Origin: Thermoplasmata archaeon
Lineage (GTDB): Archaea; Thermoplasmatota; Thermoplasmata; Lutacidiplasmatales; UBA184
NCBI GenBank assembly: GCA_021792485.1
Contig: JAJYUO010000001.1
Location: 4,276-35,822 of the forward strand
Reading direction: 5' to 3'
DNA length: 31,547 bases
Shown here: positions 25,709-31,547 of the stretch, in pieces
Numbering within the stretch: position 1 is the stretch's first letter
Layout of the letters: every line of letters begins with the position of its first letter
Translations under genes and position numbers: made by a program
The notes under the pieces: model-generated
Databases searched by the model: none
Seen by the model: only the letters and a program-made list of their open reading frames with translations
What the model was told of the DNA's origin: nothing

Positions 25709-26404
25709 TCAGGGAGGCCCGGAGGCGCCCGCCGAAGTGCGGCCGAGCTGCTTGAGCAGGGCCAACAGGACCTTTGCGCCCCGTTGAATGTCGGGATCGC
25801 GCAGAGCCCGACTCAGAGCGAATACTCCCGAGATAGTCGGGACCTGATCAAGCTCCCGTTCCCGGCGAGAGGGATCGGCGAGGAATGCGGACGACTCCGA
25901 AAGAAGCGAGAGCGCCGGCGCCGCCTTCACAGCGGCGTGCACGAGCGGCTCGATCTCCTCCTTCGGAGGCAGCGACTCGACGAAGTGCATCCATCCGACC
26001 GCCGAGGATCCCGCATGAGCGACCATCCCGTCGGTCGTCGCCTGAGCCACCCCGACCAGCCCCTCGGCGAGGGTGAACAGAGTGTCGAGCGCCCCCGTTT
26101 CCTTCCACTCGGCGAGCCGGTCGATGAGGAGGAGAACCGCGTCCCGCCGCCGCTCATCCTGAGCGATCCAGTCCAACAACGACAGCGCCCCGACGAGGGT
26201 CGAACCGGCTGAGCCGAGCATCCGGTCCGTCATGGCGTCGCTCGCGCCGACCACGCCCTCCGCCAGCGAGAAGAGCCGGTCCAGAGTGCCGTCCGCCTGC
26301 CAGCGGGCGAGCCGCTCGCCCAGGGCTCGGAGCGCCACTGCCGAATCGTCCGGAGAAGCCGGAGGCGATGCCGCGGGAGAGGAGGCGGGCGAAGGAGAGG
26401 ACAT
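25709..26404 (-). CDS. DUF1641 domain-containing protein
   Basis: C-terminal ALSRALRDPDIQRGAKVLLALLKQLG. It lies directly downstream of the SQR-like gene. ATG 26404. Confidence 0.8.
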   Translation of the reverse strand: MSSPSPASSPAASPPASPDDSAVALRALGERLARWQADGTLDRLFSLAEGVVGASDAMTDRMLGSAGSTLVGALSLLDWIAQDERRRDAVLLLIDRLAEWKETGALDTLFTLAEGLVGVAQATTDGMVAHAGSSAVGWMHFVESLPPKEEIEPLVHAAVKAAPALSLLSESSAFLADPSRRERELDQVPTISGVFALSRALRDPDIQRGAKVLLALLKQLGRTSAGASGPP

Positions 26405-26415
26405 ATGGGTTCTCC

Positions 26416-27564
26416 CTAGAAGAGCGCGCGCGCCGTAAGGTCCCAGTACGTTCGGTTGTAGATCACCTTGTTCCAGTAGTGCGCGAACGAGGGTGTGGGC
26501 GGGTGCGGCGGGTGGAGATAGTCGAACTTGATGTACGTCGCCTGTGCGAGCCCGGTCATGATCCAGCAGTAAACGCGACCCTCGTAGCGCGCCGTCGGAG
26601 ACTCCCCGCGGGCGAGCGCTGCCACGTTCTGCGTGACCACCTCGGCCTCGTAGTCGGCGGTCGATCCCGCCTTCGAGATCGGGATGTTGGTGGCGTCGCC
26701 CAGGACGAAGACGTTCTCCTTTCCCTCCGCTCGGAGGCTGAACTTGTCGGTCGGGATCCAGTTGCCCTTGTCTCCTAGGCCTGAGGCCCCCACAAAGTCC
26801 GCACCGCGATGCGGTGGAATGGCGATGAGAAGGTCGTAGGGAAGGGCCTCGCCCTCCACCGCGCTGATAGTCTTGGCAGCGGGGTCGATTTTGTCTACGT
26901 TGAACGGGACGTGCACCGAGACGCCCCGCTCGCCCATGAGCCGCTGCATGGGTTGCGCTACGGTATCGATCCCGAAGACCTTGGGGATCGGATAGGTGTA
27001 GTGGATCTCCGACTTTTCCCGGAGGCCGCGGCTCCGCAGGTAGTCGTCCAGCATGAACGTCACCTCGAGCGGGGCGACCGGACACTTGTAGGGCATGCCG
27101 GCAACGGAGACCACGATACGGCCGCCCTGGAACGCGTGGAGCGCGGAGCGGAGCTTGATCGCGTTCGAGAGATCGTAGAAGCTGTGGGCCCCTTCGGGGA
27201 ACCCCGGGATGAGCTCCGGGTGGATCACCGAGCCGCTGGCGATGACGAGAACATCGTACGGAACGAGCTTTCCTCCTTTCAGGACGATCTGGTTGGCCGT
27301 CGAGTCGATCTTCTCCACTTCGCCTTTGACGAGCTGGATCGAGCGATGGAGGAGTTGGCTCTCGTCACGTCGGGTCTCTTCAGGCCGCATCTTCTCGAAG
27401 ACGACCATGAGATACCCGGGCTGGTAGGCATGGATCCCCTCCCGATCGACGAGTTGGATCTGGACCTGTCCGCCCGCCACCTCCGATTCCAGGGCTCGGC
27501 GAATCCGGTTCGCCACCGTCGTTCCCCCAATCCCGCCTCCCACCACTACGACGCGCTTTGCCAT
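26416..27564 (-). CDS. sqr: sulfide:quinone oxidoreductase-like flavoprotein (type III-like)
   Basis: VVVVGGGIGG, YQPG, YDVLVIASGS, YKCPVAPLE (Cys), VLGDATN...SKAGS and VYCW (second Cys). RBS GAGGAGG. Confidence 0.85.
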   Translation of the reverse strand: MAKRVVVVGGGIGGTTVANRIRRALESEVAGGQVQIQLVDREGIHAYQPGYLMVVFEKMRPEETRRDESQLLHRSIQLVKGEVEKIDSTANQIVLKGGKLVPYDVLVIASGSVIHPELIPGFPEGAHSFYDLSNAIKLRSALHAFQGGRIVVSVAGMPYKCPVAPLEVTFMLDDYLRSRGLREKSEIHYTYPIPKVFGIDTVAQPMQRLMGERGVSVHVPFNVDKIDPAAKTISAVEGEALPYDLLIAIPPHRGADFVGASGLGDKGNWIPTDKFSLRAEGKENVFVLGDATNIPISKAGSTADYEAEVVTQNVAALARGESPTARYEGRVYCWIMTGLAQATYIKFDYLHPPHPPTPSFAHYWNKVIYNRTYWDLTARALF

Positions 27565-27578
27565 CGCTGAATTCCTCC

Positions 27579-27857
27579 TCAACCGTGCTTCTTACGGATC
27601 GTGTACCGGTCGTATCCCTCTTCCCGGGTCATGCCCAGGAGCTCGTGTCCCGCCTTCTCGAGCCAGAGCGGGACGTCGTTCCGGGAGCCTTCGTCGCTCG
27701 ACCACAGCTCGAACTCGGTGCCAACCGGCTCCTCCTGGATCACCCGGACGAGCTCCATCAGAGGACCCGGGCACCAACTCCCCCGGGCATCGACGACCAT
27801 GCGTCGCGGCCCGTTCGGGGATTCCGCGGTTCCGGGCGATGCTCCGGTGCCGCTCAC
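27579..27857 (-). CDS. tusA: sulfurtransferase TusA family protein
   Basis: VDARGSWCPGPLMEL...SSDEGSRNDVPLWLEKAGH. GTGA overlap with the upstream gene. Confidence 0.92.
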   Translation of the reverse strand: MSGTGASPGTAESPNGPRRMVVDARGSWCPGPLMELVRVIQEEPVGTEFELWSSDEGSRNDVPLWLEKAGHELLGMTREEGYDRYTIRKKHG

Positions 27858-28291
27858 ACGAAGTACGCCACGCGAGCGTCCCTGGTCCGATCGACGAACG
27901 TCGCGATGCCGGTCACCCCCTCGACCAAGGGGTCGAGATCGTCCTTACGGAGCCCGAGGATCTCCATCGACTGCGAGCACGCGTAGATGTGGAGGTCGCC
28001 GAGCGACCTGGCCATCTCCAAGATCGATCGCCACGACGGGGCTCCCTTTCCTTTGAGCGCGGTTTCGAGGCGCGCGCCGTCGTCTCCGTGGCCCGGTGCG
28101 ATCCGAACGGAAGCTCCGGCGGGCCTCGCGCGGAACGCCATGAGTCCCCAGTAGCTCGCAAAGACGTCCACGCGCATCCCCATCGCGACCGCCCCGCTCA
28201 CCAAGGTCGCGAACGGCAGCAACTTGTCGGTGGAGTCCTCCGTGAGGACGATGGCCATCTGCGGCACGGTGGGAGCTGATGTGCTCTCCAC
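27854..28291 (-). CDS. DsrE2-like (DsrE/DsrF/DrsH-like) sulfurtransferase family protein
   Basis: ATLVSGAVAMGMRVDVFASYWGL and YACSQSMEILG (conserved Cys). Confidence 0.85.
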   Translation of the reverse strand: MESTSAPTVPQMAIVLTEDSTDKLLPFATLVSGAVAMGMRVDVFASYWGLMAFRARPAGASVRIAPGHGDDGARLETALKGKGAPSWRSILEMARSLGDLHIYACSQSMEILGLRKDDLDPLVEGVTGIATFVDRTRDARVAYFV

Positions 28292-28311
28292 GGGCCGCTC
28301 CCGCCCCGCGC

Positions 28312-28767
28312 CTAGATGAACAAGGTGAGGGCGTCCGGACGGGACGCGAACTCGAGGTACGTGCTCGCGCCGATGACGTCATCGACCTCGCTAACGAGGT
28401 TTGCCTTCGTCAGGCCGAAGGCGTCCATGGTCGGTGAACAGGCGTGGATGTGCACGCCCGCTTGCTTGGCCTGCTGCATGAACTGCTCGACCGAAGGGAA
28501 CTTCTTCTCGAGCGCCCCGCGGATGTCCGGGGGAAAGACATCCATGGCCTTCTTCCGCCCCTCCGGGGTCAATAGTTGCATGCCCCAGAATGTGAAGTAG
28601 ACATGCGCATCCATTCCCAAGGCACGCGCCGTCGTCGCGAGGATGAGCGCGGGGTACGCCATGTCCGCCCCGCCCTTCGACAACACCAGGAAGAGCGACT
28701 TCTTCCCTTCCTGCTTCGCATGCTCGATCGCCGCCGTCCCCTTCGTGGCCGCCGCGTCTGCTACCAT
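28312..28767 (-). CDS. DsrE2-like (DsrE/DsrF/DrsH-like) sulfurtransferase family protein
   Basis: AYPALILATTARALGMDAHVYFTFWG, HACSPTM (Cys) and VIGASTYL. Confidence 0.9.
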   Translation of the reverse strand: MVADAAATKGTAAIEHAKQEGKKSLFLVLSKGGADMAYPALILATTARALGMDAHVYFTFWGMQLLTPEGRKKAMDVFPPDIRGALEKKFPSVEQFMQQAKQAGVHIHACSPTMDAFGLTKANLVSEVDDVIGASTYLEFASRPDALTLFI

Positions 28768-28780
28768 GTGTTTTCCCCTC

Positions 28781-29017
28781 TCACTTGTGTTCCAGCACGA
28801 ATCGGAAGGTCCCTCCCGATTCCGAGTTCTCGCACAGCGGGTGTCCTGTCCGCTTCGAGAATGCCACGAAGTCCGAAGGCGCGGCCGGGTCGTCCGCGAG
28901 CACTTCCAGCCGCTCTCCCGGATTCAATGACTCAATCGCTTGGCTCGCCTTAAGGATCGGCATCGGGCAAAAGAGCCCCCGCGCATCCAGATGCGCCTTC
29001 GCGTCGCTGGCGGACAC
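28781..29017 (-). CDS. tusA: sulfurtransferase TusA family protein
   Basis: LDARGLFCPMPILKA...LEVLADDPAAPSDF. GTG 29017 fits the promoter and a GAGG. ATG 29035 is the alternative. Confidence 0.93.
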   Translation of the reverse strand: MSASDAKAHLDARGLFCPMPILKASQAIESLNPGERLEVLADDPAAPSDFVAFSKRTGHPLCENSESGGTFRFVLEHK

Positions 29018-29051
29018 CGTGACAGAGCCTCGCATACGCAACGCGCTTCGG

Positions 29052-29062
29052 TACTTAACTTT
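29052..29062 (-). promoter_or_regulatory. putative BRE/TATA promoter of the tusA-dsrE2-sqr-lbpA-lpl operon
   Basis: AAAG-TTAAGTA on the minus strand, in the 221-nt gap that separates the two sulfur-relay gene runs. Confidence 0.55.
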
Positions 29063-29238
29063 ACGTTTGTCCAGATGGGCCTCGGCGGTTCTGGCCGGGA
29101 TCGACATCCGTCTTGAGATGCACTTCCCCGAGGTCGCCCCGGGGCTGGGTACCCGAAATCACGGACCCCGCCCCGTCCGAAGGGGCGCAGAGCGTAATCG
29201 GACCTAGCTGGTCACCGGCCGCGCGGCGGATCCTCCGA

Positions 29239-29637
29239 TCATCCCGGCGAGGACGAGCGCGACGGCACCTCGATCCGAAAGTCCCGCCGCTCGAGGACCG
29301 ACTCTTTGGGCACGGTGAGCACGTTTCGGTAGGCCGGGAACATGTCGGCGCCGTACCGACCGGCGAGAGGTATGTTCTCTTCCCCGAACGCGACCTCTCC
29401 GAGGGCAAGGAACCGTTCGTCCTCGCGAAGAAGCACTCCGGCGGCATGGAAGACCGGCCCCGTAAGCCGGGTGGCTCGCTCCGGAAACTCGAGGGCGTTC
29501 GGATCGCGGTAGCGGATATAGGTCACGCGGACCTCCTTCGGGGCGGTTTCGGTTCGGGGCTCCGACGGTTCCGCCGGACCTGCCGGGTGCATGGGCAGCG
29601 GGGACAGGGGGCCAACGGGCCTTCCTCCCTCGCTCAT
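29239..29637 (-). CDS. hypothetical protein
   Basis: ATGA overlap with the dsrH-like gene. A Pro-rich leader precedes a globular beta-rich segment (TYIRYRD...AAGVLLREDERFLAL). Confidence 0.7.
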   Translation of the reverse strand: MSEGGRPVGPLSPLPMHPAGPAEPSEPRTETAPKEVRVTYIRYRDPNALEFPERATRLTGPVFHAAGVLLREDERFLALGEVAFGEENIPLAGRYGADMFPAYRNVLTVPKESVLERRDFRIEVPSRSSSPG

Positions 29638-29960
29638 GAGAGGCCGATCACCTTCTCCGAACTCATGAGCTCAGCGACGAGTTCGTCCGAGCTTACGACC
29701 CGGACGGACCGATCCCGGTCGATCCTCAGTCCCCGTCCTCGAACATCGTCCTCCAGCACCCAGCACGATCGGGATGCCGTCGACCGAAGGTCCGCGCTCT
29801 CCGCGGCGGTGCTCGCGCTGCCGAACAACACGTCGATGACCTCGATCCCTTCTCGCTCGAGGCGATGCCGTAGCGCCTCGAGGACGGCCGCCTCCTCCTC
29901 GTGCAGCTCTTGGGATCGAACGAACATCCAGCGGCGTGGACGGGCGACCGGCTCGGTCAG
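29634..29960 (-). CDS. dsrH: DsrH/TusB-like protein (CTG 29960 or ATG 29927 start)
   Basis: WVLEDDVRGRGL...VRVVSSDELVAELM matches the DsrH/TusB pattern (L.EDV.ARG). It is third in a dsrE-dsrF run. Confidence 0.72.
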   Translation of the reverse strand: MTEPVARPRRWMFVRSQELHEEEAAVLEALRHRLEREGIEVIDVLFGSASTAAESADLRSTASRSCWVLEDDVRGRGLRIDRDRSVRVVSSDELVAELMSSEKVIGLS

Positions 29961-30325
29961 AACGCCACCACCGTGTCCGCTCGATAGATCTGGTCGGCGG
30001 CTCGCGCGTCGTCCACCTCTTCGACCGGGAGCTCGGGCACAAGGGATTCGAATGTCATACGGCGACGGGCGAGCGACGGGCCATGGACGAGCGCGGGCGC
30101 CTCCCGGGTCACGATTCCCCCGAGCATCTTCTCGATCGGGGGGCCGTACCGATACGGTTCCTGCCCGCGGACCAACGATCGAACCCCATCCCCGATGAAG
30201 AGGAGTCGGGCCGTCGACCCGAGAGCGGTGGCCATCGCGGCGACCCGGATCGCTTCCGCGAGATGGACGGTCGAGTGGGGGCAGTGACGCACCCACACCA
30301 ATCGGTACCGGTCCTGCTCGGTCAT
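29957..30325 (-). CDS. dsrF: DsrF/TusC-like protein
   Basis: EAIRVAAMA...LLFIGDGVRSLVRGQEP...ADTVVAF. ATGA overlap with dsrE. Confidence 0.8.
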   Translation of the reverse strand: MTEQDRYRLVWVRHCPHSTVHLAEAIRVAAMATALGSTARLLFIGDGVRSLVRGQEPYRYGPPIEKMLGGIVTREAPALVHGPSLARRRMTFESLVPELPVEEVDDARAADQIYRADTVVAF

Positions 30326-30678
30326 GCCTCTCCGGTAAAGGCGATGAATCGATCCGAGCGATCGATCATCTCCACCAGATCCTCGAGCGTCCCGTTGCGG
30401 GCATTGGGGAGCACGTCGCCGTCCCCGAGTCCGCGGAAGCGCGCGCAGGTCGAGCAGTTCGTCAGCTCCACGCTGGAGGGTAGCCTCGCGATGCGGTGAA
30501 CCACCGTCTCCTCCGGCGCCGACAGCAGCGCACGGCTCGTCGCATAGACGGCATCGGCGAGAAAGAACACCGACACCGCGTGGCCGAGGCGGTTCGCGGC
30601 CTCGGCAAGGCCAATCGCAGTCTCCACCCCGCGATGTTGCACCGGGGAGGAGAAGAGGAGAAGGCCGAGCCGTCCCAT
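30322..30678 (-). CDS. dsrE: DsrE/TusD-like sulfurtransferase
   Basis: SSPVQ...VFFLADAVY, NCSTCARFRG (active-site Cys region), and GTLEDLVEMIDRSDRFIAF. Confidence 0.85.
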   Translation of the reverse strand: MGRLGLLLFSSPVQHRGVETAIGLAEAANRLGHAVSVFFLADAVYATSRALLSAPEETVVHRIARLPSSVELTNCSTCARFRGLGDGDVLPNARNGTLEDLVEMIDRSDRFIAFTGEA

Positions 30679-30920
30679 CAGCGCCCCGATCCCCGGTCGA
30701 TCACCCGCCACCCCGACTTGGTGCAGAGATACGTCCGATCATCGATGCGGACGAGCGCTCCCAAGTCCACTTGGCTGTCGTAGAAGAGCCGGTTGAGGAT
30801 CGCCACATGATCGGCTTCCTCCGCCGGTGGAGCGGACTCTGCCCCCTCGGCTTCGAACGGGTCGCCGATGCGCCGGAGGATCGTCGCCGACGCAGCGCGG
30901 CCGCCGCGGGGAGGGATCAT
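30678..30920 (-). CDS. small hypothetical protein
   Basis: ATG 30920 overlaps the mrp stop and has GGAGG upstream. Its TGA overlaps the dsrE ATG. 80 aa. Confidence 0.7.
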   Translation of the reverse strand: MIPPRGGRAASATILRRIGDPFEAEGAESAPPAEEADHVAILNRLFYDSQVDLGALVRIDDRTYLCTKSGWRVIDRGSGR

Positions 30921-31547
30921 CCGCCTCCCTTGGGCGGGGCGGGACCGGGACGGACCGTCGGCGGCTCTCCCCGGGCCTTTCGAAGCCGGTCGAGCAGAAG
31001 TCGCACTCGCTGCCCCACGAGCGAGAGCACGGGGGATCTCAGCTCCTCTATGCGGCCCTCGTCCGCGAGCCCGGGCAGTCCGGGAAAGATGGGCAGACTG
31101 CCGAGGTACGGGATTCCCATGCGGCTCGCGAACTCCGGACCCCGGGAGGGGCCGAAGAGATCGATGCGATCGCCATGCGGGCACGTGAGATAGGCCATGT
31201 TCTCGACCAGGCCGAGGATCGGAACCTCGAATGTCTTCGCCATGGCCGAGGCTTTCGCCACGACCTCGGCCGAGAGCTCGGTGGGGGCGGTGACGATGAC
31301 GACGCCGTCGGGGGCCAACGACTGGAAGATGGTCAAGGGCGCGTCACTCGTTCCCGGAGGCAAGTCCACGATGAGGTAGTCCAACTCCGGCCAATCCGTA
31401 TCCTTGAAGAGGCCCCGGATGGCGCTGTTGACCATCGGCCCCCGCCAGATGAGCGGGATCTGGGAGGCGGCGGTCACCGACGCCATGGACATCAAGTACA
31501 CGCCGCCGGGGCTCGTGAGCGGCACGATGCGCTCCCTATCCTTCGTG
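30917..31547 (-). CDS. mrp: Mrp/NBP35 (ApbC) Fe-S carrier ATPase, 5' partial
   Basis: LIWRGPM, LDYLIVDLPPGTSD and LGLVENMAYLTCPHG. The frame runs off the window end. Confidence 0.93.
   Translation of the reverse strand, partial: TKDRERIVPLTSPGGVYLMSMASVTAASQIPLIWRGPMVNSAIRGLFKDTDWPELDYLIVDLPPGTSDAPLTIFQSLAPDGVVIVTAPTELSAEVVAKASAMAKTFEVPILGLVENMAYLTCPHGDRIDLFGPSRGPEFASRMGIPYLGSLPIFPGLPGLADEGRIEELRSPVLSLVGQRVRLLLDRLRKARGEPPTVRPGPAPPKGGG

Noticed and set aside
1-31547. Numerous long overlapping ORFs in the six-frame track (for example 3531..5228 N-terminal part, 9348..10544, 12702..14330, 14413..15936, 17432..18664, 20823..22376)
   Set aside because: They are Arg/Pro/Gly-rich shadow frames typical of high-GC DNA, antisense or out of frame to genes with clear family motifs.

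Overview
This is a high-GC (roughly two-thirds by eye) archaeal chromosomal window. The archaeal assignment rests on ribosomal protein S3Ae, an intron-containing tRNA-Met(CAT) with a bulge-helix-bulge-like motif, TATA-like elements about 26 nt before starts, and archaeal-type pilus ATPases. A Thermoplasmata affiliation is my inference only. No mobile element, CRISPR array or rRNA is visible. Left part: DUF885 (partial), msrA, a Dpp/Opp permease pair, a Cas4-like PD-(D/E)XK nuclease, two SAM methyltransferases, and a same-strand run of ubiquitin-like (MoaD/SAMP) + BNR beta-propeller + catalytically degenerate M29-like protein. Middle: tRNA-Met, rps3ae, a ChlI/MoxR-type AAA+ and vWA pair, and a translationally coupled type IV pilus-like operon (large pilin-like protein, two ATPases, two TadC-like proteins) that ends in an orphan DNA methyltransferase. 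Right part: an ACT protein, tRNA-Gly(CCC), then a dense sulfur-relay region of Mrp, DsrE/F/H, TusA x2, DsrE2-like x2, type III-like SQR, DUF1641, an LbpA-like lipoyl carrier and a lipoate ligase, with no sHdr or glycine-cleavage genes in view. Two or three genes appear to use non-canonical start codons (ACG, CTG). All family assignments come from motif recognition by eye, not database searches.
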